DNA of 64,000 bases, taken from a virus. The stretch covers positions 4,352 through 68,351 of IMG/VR virus record IMGVR_UViG_3300006810_000040; one strand, written 5' to 3'. This document shows positions 48,136 through 58,036 of the stretch, in pieces (the first letter of the stretch is position 1; the number at the start of each line of letters is the position of its first letter). The position numbers were made by a program, and so were the translations under genes. Under the pieces are notes generated by a model. It searched no databases. It was given only the letters and a program-made list of their open reading frames with translations, and was not told where the DNA came from.

Positions 48136-50628
48136 ATGCACCTCACCACCATCAGAGCGCGCCACATCCACAACGCGCTCAGCTACGAGATCGAACTGGG
48201 CCAGCGCGTAATGCTGGCGGTCGGCCCCAACGAGGCCGGCAAGTCCTCGTTGCTGGGGCTGGCTGGGCTCGCCCTGGTCGGGCCCCGGGGCAGCAACTGG
48301 CCTGTCCTGGGCACATCGCCCGACTACGACTTTAGCGTCACCGCCACGTTCGCCCACGACGGTCGCCTGTCCATCCTGGACCGGGCGCTGGTGCGCGGGA
48401 AGCACACGGGCCGGCTCAACGGGCGCAAACTCGGCCTGGCCGCCTTCAACGCGGAGTGCGGGCGCATCGGCGGCCCGCCGTCGCGCTTCCGAATCGGCGA
48501 CTGGCTCAACCTGTCGCCTGCCAAGAAGTTCAACGAGATCCGGGGGCTGCTGCCCGACGAGGCCGTCAACACCGGCGCGCTTCACGCGCTGCTGCAGCGC
48601 ACCGAGGTGCTGGGGCCGCTGACGGCCCTGTTCCAGGACAAGCGCACCTGGTGGGATCAGATGGACGCTCCCGCGACCGCCACGCTGGAGCGCATCGACA
48701 CCGACCTGCACAACCTGTGGCTGCGGAGCAACCAGGACGCTGTGCGCCTGACCGCGACGGTCGAGCAGGGGCTCCAGGACCTGGCGGCGCGGGGCGAGGT
48801 AGTGGGCACCCCCGCCGCGCTGCAGGCGAAGATCGACGCCGTCGAGGAGTCCATCCGGGCGCTGCGCGAGAAGCTGGGCGAGGGCACCGGCATGGCCGAG
48901 GGGCGGGCCGCCCTCGAGCGTCGCATCGCCGAGTTGGAGCGGCCGATCCCCATGCCGTCCGGACAGTCTGACGACCTGGACGCTCTGGACGCGGCCGTTG
49001 ATGGGCTTCGCCAGGAGGTCCAGGACCTGCGCACGAACCTGGGGGAGGCCGAGATCCAGCTGGAGGCTGCCCGCCAGCGCGCGCGTGTGGCCCAGGACGC
49101 ACTGAACGCCGGCCAGGCCGCCGCTGGTGCGTGGACCACGTACAACACCGGCGTCGAGGCGCGTGCCCAGCTCAAGCGAGCCGAGCAGCAGCAGCTCGAG
49201 CGTGTCGAGCGAGCCACCGGACAAGCCCGGGATGTTGGGCAGGTAAAGGCCGAGCTCTACGAGAGCTACATGGAGGCCGACGCCGCCTGGGGGCAGGCCA
49301 CCCGCGGAATGGACGCCGCGCGCGCCGAGGTGGGCAAGGCCCTGGCAGCGTCGAAGGCCGACCTGCTGGAGACCGAGCTGTACCGCTTGGTGCGGTCGCT
49401 CGCCGACATGGAGGACCTGGTCGTGTACACGCCCGACGACGACAACGGGTCCATCGTGTGGAGCCAGGTTGTAGACGAAATCGACGCCATCACCACCAGC
49501 ACCCAGACCACCAAGGCTGTGCGCGCTGCTCACGCGGACGCCAAGAAGGCCGAGCGGGTGGCGTTCGAAGCGAACAGCCAGGCCCGCAGCGCCTACCAGG
49601 AGGTCCTACGTCGGACGAAGGACGCCCAACGGGCCCTGGAAGATGCCCAGCGCGACCTGGATGGCGTCCAGGACAAACTGCAGGCCCTCCCGCCCCTGGA
49701 GCGGCCAGAGGGCACCCAGCCCGACCTGGTCGCGCTCCGGGCGGACCTGGATGCAGAGATCAGCGTCGGCCGTCAGGTGGCCGACGCCCGCACCCGGGCC
49801 TACGAGCGTCTGAACGCTGCCGCCAAGCGCACGCGAACGGCCGAGCGCAACCTGGAGCGGACCCGCGCCGCGGCCACCAGCTACGAGAAGCAGCGCGCGC
49901 GGATCGAGGGCGAGAACGCCAACCGCGTCCGCGAACTGGAGAGCGCCCGCCAAGAACTGGCGCAGCTCGCCGACATGGTGGACGTTGAGATGCTGGCGGA
50001 AGCCATCGACGGCGCGAAGGCTGAGAAGGCCCAGCTGGTCACCAGGCTGCAGAAGCTCGAGGATGCTGCCCACGCAAAGGCCGCGTCGAGGGAGCACCAG
50101 GCCCAGCTGGAGATGGCCCGTCAGACCAGGTCGGACGCCCGCGCCCTGCGCGACCGCACACGCGAGCTCGCACAGCAGCTCTACCGCGAGGCCATCGAGG
50201 CCCTGATGGACCCCGCCAGCCGTATGTGCCAGCGGGTTCTGGGGGCTGAGCTTCTGCTGCTGCCCGACAGCTCCGGGTCCAGCCAGGGCATCGGCGTGTT
50301 CCTGCAGCGTGAGCGGGACGGGCACAACGAGCAGATCCCGTTTGCCACCGCGAGCCGGAGCCAACAGACCATCGTGGCCAGCGCCCTGAAGATCGCCATG
50401 CAGGTCCGCATGATGGAGCAGGACGCGGGCTGGCGCGCGCTGGTGGTGGACGACCTGGAGAACCTGAGCGGCATGGCCTCCGACCATGAGAGCCGCCGTG
50501 ATGCCTTCGTCGGCGCGCTGTGCGACCTGGTCGAGGCCGGGCTGCTCGACAACGTGTTCATCGCCTGCGTGGATGATGGCTGGCGGCCTGCGGACGAGCG
50601 CGTCCACGTCGAGGAGCTGACCAAATGA
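48136..50628 (+). CDS. SbcC/Rad50-like coiled-coil ATPase
   Basis: Walker A GPNEAGKS, long coiled coil, degenerate signature ASRSQQ, Walker B LVVDDLE. Confidence 0.85.
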   Translation: MHLTTIRARHIHNALSYEIELGQRVMLAVGPNEAGKSSLLGLAGLALVGPRGSNWPVLGTSPDYDFSVTATFAHDGRLSILDRALVRGKHTGRLNGRKLGLAAFNAECGRIGGPPSRFRIGDWLNLSPAKKFNEIRGLLPDEAVNTGALHALLQRTEVLGPLTALFQDKRTWWDQMDAPATATLERIDTDLHNLWLRSNQDAVRLTATVEQGLQDLAARGEVVGTPAALQAKIDAVEESIRALREKLGEGTGMAEGRAALERRIAELERPIPMPSGQSDDLDALDAAVDGLRQEVQDLRTNLGEAEIQLEAARQRARVAQDALNAGQAAAGAWTTYNTGVEARAQLKRAEQQQLERVERATGQARDVGQVKAELYESYMEADAAWGQATRGMDAARAEVGKALAASKADLLETELYRLVRSLADMEDLVVYTPDDDNGSIVWSQVVDEIDAITTSTQTTKAVRAAHADAKKAERVAFEANSQARSAYQEVLRRTKDAQRALEDAQRDLDGVQDKLQALPPLERPEGTQPDLVALRADLDAEISVGRQVADARTRAYERLNAAAKRTRTAERNLERTRAAATSYEKQRARIEGENANRVRELESARQELAQLADMVDVEMLAEAIDGAKAEKAQLVTRLQKLEDAAHAKAASREHQAQLEMARQTRSDARALRDRTRELAQQLYREAIEALMDPASRMCQRVLGAELLLLPDSSGSSQGIGVFLQRERDGHNEQIPFATASRSQQTIVASALKIAMQVRMMEQDAGWRALVVDDLENLSGMASDHESRRDAFVGALCDLVEAGLLDNVFIACVDDGWRPADERVHVEELTK

Positions 50629-50750
50629 GCAAGCAACCTGCTGCCTACAACCTGGGCCGTGTCCTGGTCTGGCTCGCCGCTGGTGGGGTCGTCCTGACCG
50701 CGCTGGCGTGCGCCGGCCTGGGCTTCGCCTACCTCGCTGGAGCCCTCTGA
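50625..50750 (+). CDS. Small membrane protein (41 aa)
   Basis: MSKQPAAYNLGRVLVWLAAGGVVLTALACAGLGFAYLAGAL; overlaps both neighbours. Confidence 0.55.
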   Translation: MSKQPAAYNLGRVLVWLAAGGVVLTALACAGLGFAYLAGAL

Positions 50751-51610
50751 TGGCTAACGACCTCAAACTGAACCTGGACGGCCTGCAGCTGGAGCTGGGC
50801 CGCGACATGCACACCCTGCGCCTCGAGGCGTGGGCCGCCGCCGCGCGCGCCCACTGCGCCGAGCGCGAGAACTGGGTCTACCCGCAGCGCGGCGAGACCG
50901 TCGAGCGCCCGCCCCACAGCGATGTCTGCGTCATGCGCTTCAGCAGCTCTGGGTCGAAGGAGAGCCGCATCAAAGTGGTCTACGGCGTGGACGCGGTCCA
51001 CACCGGCGAAGTCTGGATGGCCTACGAGCACCTGAGCGTTCAGATGAGCCTCCCGGTGGCCCTGACCCAGGGCGAGGTCAACGGGATGACCGAGCGCGTG
51101 CTGCAGCTCATGGACCCCATCGTGCGGACGGTCTGGCCGGTGGCTGGTCACGACGGTGAGCTCTACATCAGCCACACCATCAAGGCGTCACCGCCGATCC
51201 CAGTGCTGGTGGGCCGCCAGGCCGTGGCGCGCACGCCGATCACGGCGCACTTCTTTCGCGACACTGGGACCCCGTCATGGGACGAGCCCAGCCCCGTACC
51301 GGAGCCCGCGCAGGAGGCCGTGGTCACGGGTCGCCCGCTGGACTTCGGGAAGGACCCGGTCCTGCCCTGGGTCGAGCACCCGGGCAGCCGCCTGCTCTAC
51401 TGGAAGCCCATCCGCAACGGACCGCCCGGCCTGGCTGCGGTCTGCTACCTGCAGAGCACCGGTGGGTGGGCCGTGGCGGTCTTTCGGACCCAGAAGAACC
51501 AGCGGCGCTTCCTGACAGGCAACTGCCGGGATGCGCAGCACGCCGCCCGGGTGGCCGAGGGCCACGTCTCCAAGATCATCGAGTCCGGTGACGCTGCAAA
51601 GCGGCAGTAG
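50750..51610 (+). CDS. Hypothetical protein
   Basis: TGATG coupling; good codon usage. Confidence 0.65.
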   Translation: MANDLKLNLDGLQLELGRDMHTLRLEAWAAAARAHCAERENWVYPQRGETVERPPHSDVCVMRFSSSGSKESRIKVVYGVDAVHTGEVWMAYEHLSVQMSLPVALTQGEVNGMTERVLQLMDPIVRTVWPVAGHDGELYISHTIKASPPIPVLVGRQAVARTPITAHFFRDTGTPSWDEPSPVPEPAQEAVVTGRPLDFGKDPVLPWVEHPGSRLLYWKPIRNGPPGLAAVCYLQSTGGWAVAVFRTQKNQRRFLTGNCRDAQHAARVAEGHVSKIIESGDAAKRQ

Positions 51611-51638
51611 ACTCCCACCCCCAAGCCGAGGGCTGCCG

Positions 51639-51989
51639 ATGCCAAAGATGACGACCGAGGAGCGTTTCGAGCGCTTCCACCAAGAAAACCCCCGTCTTTA
51701 CCGGGAGCTACGCAGCAGGGCTGTAGCTCTCCACGCCGTTGGTGCGACCCGCACCAGCACCAAGGCCCTGGTCGAGGTCGTGCGCTACGACCACGCCATC
51801 AGAACCCGCGGCGAGGAGTTCAAGGTCAACAACAGCTTCACGGCGTTCTACGCCCGCGTGCTGGTCGCTGACCGTCCCGAACTCGCCAGCATCCTGACCA
51901 TGCGAGCCATGAACCCGGAGTACGTCCCCGACCTGGTCAATCTCGGCCTGCGGGCGAAGTTCGACGGCGCTCAAGCGCGGCTGGTATGA
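51639..51989 (+). CDS. Conserved-type phage hypothetical protein
   Basis: FERFHQENP...FKVNNSFTAFYAR motif; stop overlaps the UvrD start. Confidence 0.7.
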   Translation: MPKMTTEERFERFHQENPRLYRELRSRAVALHAVGATRTSTKALVEVVRYDHAIRTRGEEFKVNNSFTAFYARVLVADRPELASILTMRAMNPEYVPDLVNLGLRAKFDGAQARLV

Positions 51990-53742
51990 GCGTCGCAGGC
52001 CCCCTGGAGGCCATGCTGGCCCAGGCGAACGACGCCCAGCGCCAGGCCATCGAGACCCGAGGCCGGCGCGTCCTGGTGGTCGCCGGGGCCGGCACCGGGA
52101 AGACCTACACCCTGGTCGGCCACGCCGCATCGCTCCTGGTCGAGGGCGTGCCCGCCGAGCGCATCCTCTGCGTCACCTTCACCAACAAGGCCGCCGACGA
52201 GATGCGCGAGCGCCTGACGGCCCTGCTGCCCGGCTACGAGCTGCCCGCGATCCGCACCTTGCACAGCTTCTGCGGCGAGCTGCTGCGTCAGGAGGCCGAT
52301 GCCCTGGGGCGCGACGCCGACTTCTCCATCTACGACGACTACGACTACATCGCCCTGTTGCGCGCTGCTTCGCGGAACCTCGGCGACGCCAAGTGGAAGA
52401 GCCGGCGCGTGAAGACGCTGGAGAAGACCAAGACGGTCACCACCCTGGTGAGGGGCTGGCTGGACGAGTCCAACGCCTTCACGTTCAGCGACCTCGAGGC
52501 CCGCGCCTTGCGTCTGTTGAAGGAAGACCCCGAGGTCCACGCGCGCTGGCTGGGTCGGTACGAGCACCTGCTGATGGACGAGACCCAGGACACCAGCGCC
52601 GCGCAGTACCTGATCGTCGAGCGCCTGGAGCCCGCCCACACCTTCTATGTCGCAGATCCCCGACAGCGGATCTATGGCTGGCGTGGTGCCGACGGCCAGA
52701 AGCTGGTGGAGCTCAGCAACGACGGCGACACCGTCGTGATCCGCCTGCGCACCAACTACCGGAGCACGCCGGAGATCGTCGATGTCGGCAACCGACTGGC
52801 GACTGGCGACTGGGGCGACCTGGAGGCCGCTGTCGGCACCCAGGAGCACACCCCGCGCGTCCTGCAGGCCCAGACGGCTGGAGAGACCGCTGAGGCCGCT
52901 GTGCGCGCCCTGGGCAGCCTGGAGGGCAAGACTGTGGCCGTGCTGGGCCGGCGCTGGGCCGATCTGCGCGAGATCAGCGCCCGCTTCCACGCGGTCGGGA
53001 TCCCTCACCTGATCTACGACCCCAGCACCGACGACGCCTGGAGCAGCCGTATCGGCCGGCGCACCGTGCGGGCGCTGGGCCTGGTCCAGAACCCTGCGGA
53101 CAACGTCGCAGCCCGGTCGCTGGCCAACTGGGGCGAGCAGCGGTGGAGCCACCTGGAGCTGATGACCCTCGAGGCCCGCGCCACGCGGGAGCGCACCCAC
53201 CTGTTTGAGCTGCTGGGCGAGGCAGCCCGGCTTGGATGCGGATCTACACCGCCGTCCTCGAGGCCAAGGCCGCAGACACGCCGGGCCGCCCCTGTGACTG
53301 GGCGGATCTGTTCTTTCGGGAGCTCGATTGCGTCAGCCACCAGGCCGGCACCGACATCGTGGACACGCTCCGCAACTGGGGCACCATCCCGGGCTTCCTG
53401 CGCTGGTGGGTCGAGCGGTCGGTCCAGGAACGGGTGCAGTGGGACAGCCCCGTCGTCCACCTGCTCACGGTCCACGCCAGCAAGGGCCTGGAGTTCGACT
53501 ACGTCGTGGTCGCCAACGTCGTGGACGGCAGCTACCCCAGCAGCCGGAAGGACGCAGACCCCGACGAAGATCAGCGCGTGCTGTATGTCGCCTGCACGCG
53601 AGCTCGAGAGCGCCTGCTGCTCACCGTCCCCAAGGTCAAGCGCGTCAGCTGGGGGGCCGGCGTCACCAACCTGGACCCCAGCCCCTTCCTGGGCCACCTT
53701 CCCCACCCAATCGAGAGCTGGCCTTGCACCCCAAAGAAGTAG
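51986..53742 (+). CDS. UvrD/Rep-family SF1 helicase; apparent frameshift near 53222
   Basis: AGAGTGKT, TFTNKAA, DETQD, QRIYGWRGA, NYRS; final motifs TVHASKGLEF and YVACTRA are in frame 53236..53742. Confidence 0.9.
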
Positions 53743-53933
53743 AGCTGGGCCGTCGCGTGGCTGTCCGCAACGGCAGCGCGCGCCAGGTCGGCATCATCGC
53801 GGCCGTTCTCGATGCGCGGATCTGGTTCAAGCAGGACCTGCCCCAGAACATCACCCTTCAGACCCGTGTCCGGGTCGAGTTCGACGACGGCGCGACGCTG
53901 GAGCGGACTGTCGCCAACCTCCTGGAGCCCTGA
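53724..53933 (+). CDS. Small beta-barrel-like protein
   Basis: TTG start; VRVEFDDG; stop overlaps the RdgC start. Confidence 0.5.
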   Translation: MHPKEVELGRRVAVRNGSARQVGIIAAVLDARIWFKQDLPQNITLQTRVRVEFDDGATLERTVANLLEP

Positions 53934-55378
53934 TGCCCTTCCCCTTTGACCTCAAGTCGCCCATCTACGCCTTTGAGCTCCGCGGGCCGGAGGGCTGGAC
54001 GGTCCCCCGGATCAGCCTGCCGGCGCTGCGTGATGCCATCCAGGACACGGTCCTGGGGCCTGGCATGCTGCCGGAGGCCCCCAGCCCCGACGACATGCGC
54101 AGCGACTATCTTGAGAAGCGTGGCTGGGCCTGGCTGGACGACCAGGACGTGGTCAGCGTCAACGAGTGGCTGTGTTTCGCGGCGCGGCGCTACATCAAGA
54201 AGGTGCCCGCCAAGACGCTCAAGGCCCTGGTCGCCAGGCAGCAGCGGCTCATCGAGGAGGGCGGAGGCAAGTTCACCCGCGAAGAGCGCAAGGTGTTCCG
54301 GGAGAACCTGGAGCGCGAGCTGCTGATGCGTGCGCCCCCCGATGTCTCCGAGACCCCCGTGCTCTACGACTGCCACGCTGGCGTCTTCTACCTGTTTACG
54401 TCCTCCGAGAACGTGCGGAAGGCGATGGTGGAGTCGGTCATGCGCATCCTGCGCCAGGTGTACGACGAGAACAGGCTCTGGCCCGAGGAGCAGACCCTCA
54501 CCCGCTTCCTGGACTACACGCGCCCTGGGGCCGTCCTGCCGGGCGAGTTCGATCTGCGCTTCCTCACCTGGACCAGTCAACAGGCCCTGCATGGCCGCTT
54601 CATGCACGACGGCATCGAGCGCGGGATCGGACTGGAGCTGCTGAGCAAGCTGGACCTGGAGATCGACAGCGACAAGCTCAAGGTCACCGGCCACAAGAGC
54701 GTCGAGCGGTTCGTCCTGACCGAGACCGAGAGGGAGGATGGCGTCGGCAAGGTCACCAGCGTCGAGATGCGGATCCACGTCGCACCCGACGCTACCTACG
54801 AGGTCACCATCGACACCGAGGGCCGACTCAAGCGCGCCGAGTTCACCTATCCCGGCCTGCCCAAGGTCGGCAGGAGCGAGTGGGAAGAGGCCATCCTGCT
54901 GTGCGGCAGCCGCGTCAAGCAGCTCGTGCAGGCCCTGCACTGGCTCTACCGCGCCTTCGACGGCACCTGGCTGTCCGACGCGATGGAAGAGGAGCCCCAG
55001 GAGCAGTTTTTCCCCGGCGCACCGCTGGCCGTCCAGGTCGATGACGCACAGCCGGAGTGGTGGGTTCTCCTCGAGGCCAACGCACGCGAGGGCGAAGCCC
55101 GCGACGCCGACCGCCGAGCTGGCCAGACCAGCCTGCACGACGCCATCGAGGACCTGCGCAACGACCCGGCCCCGCTCAGCGCGTTCCAGCTGGCCTGCGA
55201 GCAGGACAAGGGCCGCGCCACCGCCATCAAGCTGCGCAAGATGCTGGAGGCCGCCATCGGCCAAGGCCCCTTGTCCCTGACCAACTGCGTGGACCACATC
55301 GAGGACCAGCACGGGATCCCCGGCGACCTGTATGGACAGGCAGAGGCCATGTACGCGCTCACCGGTTCGGAGGAGTGA
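53933..55378 (+). CDS. RdgC-like recombination-associated protein
   Basis: RGW, RRYIKKVPAKTLK, REERKVFRE...LLMRAPP; ATG at 53933. Confidence 0.75.
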   Translation: MPFPFDLKSPIYAFELRGPEGWTVPRISLPALRDAIQDTVLGPGMLPEAPSPDDMRSDYLEKRGWAWLDDQDVVSVNEWLCFAARRYIKKVPAKTLKALVARQQRLIEEGGGKFTREERKVFRENLERELLMRAPPDVSETPVLYDCHAGVFYLFTSSENVRKAMVESVMRILRQVYDENRLWPEEQTLTRFLDYTRPGAVLPGEFDLRFLTWTSQQALHGRFMHDGIERGIGLELLSKLDLEIDSDKLKVTGHKSVERFVLTETEREDGVGKVTSVEMRIHVAPDATYEVTIDTEGRLKRAEFTYPGLPKVGRSEWEEAILLCGSRVKQLVQALHWLYRAFDGTWLSDAMEEEPQEQFFPGAPLAVQVDDAQPEWWVLLEANAREGEARDADRRAGQTSLHDAIEDLRNDPAPLSAFQLACEQDKGRATAIKLRKMLEAAIGQGPLSLTNCVDHIEDQHGIPGDLYGQAEAMYALTGSEE

Positions 55379-56049
55379 GCCGCGCCCGCGCGAAGGCCGA
55401 CCGCAACCCGGACGACCTCTACGTCACGCCCCGCGAGTGCGCCGAGACCCTGATCCAGACCATTCCACTCAAGCCCGACTGGCGCATCCTGGAGCCCAGC
55501 GCGGGCGACGGGGCCTGGCTACGCGCGCTGGCCATCCACCCTGGGTTCGGTGGGCGCGTTGACTGCGTCGAGATCCGACCCGAGGCCGAGGAACCCCTGC
55601 GCGAGCTCTACCTGGAGCTGGGCCTGGTGGGCGAGGTCTACGTCGCAGACTTCACCGCGGTCACCCGGCGGCTGGTGCCAGGTGGCTACGATCTGACCGT
55701 TGGCAACATGCCCTACAGCCTGGGTCGCGAGTTCATCCGTCACATGCTGTTCCACACCCGACGGAACGGCGTGGTGGCCAACCTCCTTCGGCAGGGCATC
55801 CTGCACACCCAGGGCCGGCGCAGGTTCAACCGCGCCCACCCGTGCTGGCTCAACTACCGGCTGGACGAGCGCCCCCCGTTCGCCAACGACAGCACCGACA
55901 GCGCCGAGTACGGATGGCTGCTCTGGCGCAAGGGGCACCGCGGGCGGACGCTGGAGCGGAATCTCAGCTGGACTGACGATTCGCCGTGTCGAACAAGAGA
56001 CCTCGAGCTCGTCCGCGCTGAGGACTGGCCTCTCTGGTCTGCTGTCTGA
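55375..56049 (+). CDS. Amino (N6-adenine/N4-cytosine) DNA methyltransferase
   Basis: DLYVTP, ILEPSAGDG (motif I), VGNMPY (NPPY variant), TDSAEYGW. Confidence 0.85.
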   Translation: MSRARAKADRNPDDLYVTPRECAETLIQTIPLKPDWRILEPSAGDGAWLRALAIHPGFGGRVDCVEIRPEAEEPLRELYLELGLVGEVYVADFTAVTRRLVPGGYDLTVGNMPYSLGREFIRHMLFHTRRNGVVANLLRQGILHTQGRRRFNRAHPCWLNYRLDERPPFANDSTDSAEYGWLLWRKGHRGRTLERNLSWTDDSPCRTRDLELVRAEDWPLWSAV

Positions 56050-56200
56050 CCCGCTGGAGCACGGCTCGCTGCTCGTCTGTCACCATGCAGGCGTCGGCTT
56101 GGATGTCTACCCCCAACTCGGCGAACAAGCGCTCTCCATCCACGGCCACCCTGGCCAGGGCTTCACTCAACGGACTTGGGGTCTCTGGACTCTTCGGCAT
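55964..56200 (-). CDS. Small hypothetical protein
   Basis: GAGG SD; overlaps the MTase 3' end convergently. Confidence 0.35.
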   Translation of the reverse strand: MPKSPETPSPLSEALARVAVDGERLFAELGVDIQADACMVTDEQRAVLQRVRQQTREASPQRGRARGLLFDTANRQSS

Positions 56201-56708
56201 TCGGCGGATCCTCGGCTTCGTCTACCGCGTGATGCGGCGCGTTGATTGTTGCGCGGTGCGATGCGTTCCAAGTAGCGAATCCACCGCCGCCGAGGCCCGT
56301 AGCCGCGAGAATCCACGGCCCCCAACGGACAACCGCGGGCCACAACGTCGCCGTGAACCACGACCACCGCAGGATCTTGAGCTCCAACCGGACTGCCTCG
56401 ACATCGGTGTCAGTGACCGTTTGTTCGTCATCGATCGACTCATCCGGGTCATCGAAAGCCGGGGCTGTGATGTCCGACTGTACCGCACATTCCAGCGCGG
56501 TAATGCGAGCCCGAACGAGACGGAGCTCTGCCCTGCGCCCCTCCACGTCCCCCTGCAGTTCCTTCACATCGTCGTGCAAAGCCCGCACGGCAGCGGTGTT
56601 TGCTTCCAGCGCCGCCGACACCGACGCAGCGTGGCGAAGGCCGTCTTTGTAGACATTCGCCAACGCCAGTACGGTCTTCTCCGACAGAATCAGATCTCCA
56701 CCTGCCAT
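56163..56708 (-). CDS. Coiled-coil membrane protein (holin/spanin-like candidate)
   Basis: AAGGTGG SD; coiled coil then hydrophobic WPAVVRWGPWILAATGLGGGG; lower GC3. Confidence 0.5.
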   Translation of the reverse strand: MAGGDLILSEKTVLALANVYKDGLRHAASVSAALEANTAAVRALHDDVKELQGDVEGRRAELRLVRARITALECAVQSDITAPAFDDPDESIDDEQTVTDTDVEAVRLELKILRWSWFTATLWPAVVRWGPWILAATGLGGGGFATWNASHRATINAPHHAVDEAEDPPNAEESRDPKSVE

Positions 56709-56757
56709 GCCACCACCTTAACGAGGGCCATGCCCTCGCCTGGATGGTAGGGCGAGG

Positions 56758-57174
56758 TCATCGCTGGCTACGACTGCCCACACTGACTTTGCGCCGGCCA
56801 CGGAGTCGTTCCACCAGCCTCTTCGGGGCCGTGATCACCCCCGCGGCCTCCAAGAGCTCGCCCGCGAGCTTGAGATGGTAAAGCGTCTCGACCTGGCCGA
56901 GGATGGCTCCCTTCACGTGGTACAGGAAGTCATCGCGCTGGGCCTCGCTGAGCTTGCTGTTCCAGCCGGGCACATGGTCGTCGAGCGCGTCCGCCACGTC
57001 CTCGAGCTCGTCCGCGATCAGCTTGGCCTTGGTCGGGCCGTCCACGGCCTCCCAGTCCGCCTTGCGCAGTTCGTCGATGGCCTCGCGCAGCTCCGGCCAC
57101 ACGGCCAGCACAACGGCGAGGAGTTCAGGGGCAACCCCGGCAGCCTTCGCTGCCAGCTTCATTCCACGGGACAT
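56758..57174 (-). CDS. Hypothetical protein
   Basis: AAAGGAGG SD; good codon usage. Confidence 0.7.
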   Translation of the reverse strand: MSRGMKLAAKAAGVAPELLAVVLAVWPELREAIDELRKADWEAVDGPTKAKLIADELEDVADALDDHVPGWNSKLSEAQRDDFLYHVKGAILGQVETLYHLKLAGELLEAAGVITAPKRLVERLRGRRKVSVGSRSQR

Positions 57175-57221
57175 CGGCGTCCTCCTTTCGGGTTCAACCA
57201 GAGCGTAGCCCGATCGCCAGC

Positions 57222-57279
57222 TTGACGTGATGCACCCCATATGCTTACATGGGCACCATACCGAACGCCTCGACGGAGG
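57222..57279 (+). promoter_or_regulatory. Sigma70-like promoter plus conserved leader box
   Basis: TTGACG...GCTTACAT...GAACGCCTCGACGGAGG. Confidence 0.65.
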
Positions 57280-57287
57280 GACAACAC

Positions 57288-57596
57288 ATGAAGCCCGACC
57301 CCATCACCACCAACACCGACGCGCGCCAGCACCCCAACGGGGACCAGGTCGTCGCCTACATGCGCTCGCTCCTGGAGCCAATCCTCGACCCCGAGCACAT
57401 CCCAGAGCTGACAACCGATCACTACTTCGTCAGGGCTGGGCAGTACGTCGTGGTGCTGGACTGCCCAGAGCGCTGGAAAGGGCTGCTCATGGGCAGCGGC
57501 GGCCGGACCATCGGCGCGATTCGGACGCTGGCGTCGGCCTACGCTCGACGCATCGGGTGGGGCGTTCGGCTGGAGGTCTGTATCGCTGGTCGTTGA
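57288..57596 (+). CDS. Second KhpA-like KH-domain protein
   Basis: KGLLMGSGGRTIGAIRTLA; ends GWGVRLEVCIAGR, similar to the paralogue's GWDAKLDVKIDGR. Confidence 0.8.
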   Translation: MKPDPITTNTDARQHPNGDQVVAYMRSLLEPILDPEHIPELTTDHYFVRAGQYVVVLDCPERWKGLLMGSGGRTIGAIRTLASAYARRIGWGVRLEVCIAGR

Positions 57597-57688
57597 CCGC
57601 GCCCCCGCATAGCCTTTTCTGGCCGGGACCTCGCCCTCGCACGGGTGCTTCCAATCCCCCCCCCCTTCGCACCCCCCGGCGAGGCCCG

Positions 57689-58036
57689 GCCTTTCCCACG
57701 ACTCGACGGAGTATCCATGCAATCCGACATCACCACCGACGCCGACGCCCGCTTCCGTCCCGCAATGGAGGACCTGAAGCTCCTGGGCATCGAGCCCGCC
57801 CACTACACCATCGCGACGGGCAAGCCCATCACGGTGAACGTGTGGGGCGGCGCTGCCGCAGCGCGGCTGCTGGAAGCTGCTGGCCACACCGTCAAGTGGG
57901 ACGAGCCCACCCGCGAGTTCGGCCACGACTTCAGCTTTTTCCGGTGCTCGGCCTACGGCCTGACCATCATCGGCGGCGACTACGCCCGGAACGTCCCCGC
58001 ATAGCCTTTCCCACGACTCGACGGAGTATCCATGCA
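57689..58036 (+). repeat. Perfect 33-bp direct repeat at 57689-57721 and 58004-58036
   Basis: GCCTTTCCCACGACTCGACGGAGTATCCATGCA, including SD and start codon of two consecutive genes. Confidence 0.92.
57717..58004 (+). CDS. Hypothetical protein
   Basis: Starts inside the first 33-bp repeat and ends at the second. Confidence 0.7.
   Translation: MQSDITTDADARFRPAMEDLKLLGIEPAHYTIATGKPITVNVWGGAAAARLLEAAGHTVKWDEPTREFGHDFSFFRCSAYGLTIIGGDYARNVPA

Noticed and set aside
51986-55378. 1130-aa UvrD-RdgC fusion ORF in the supplied track
   Set aside because: The middle is off-frame sequence; true helicase motifs are in another frame and RdgC has its own coupled ATG at 53933.
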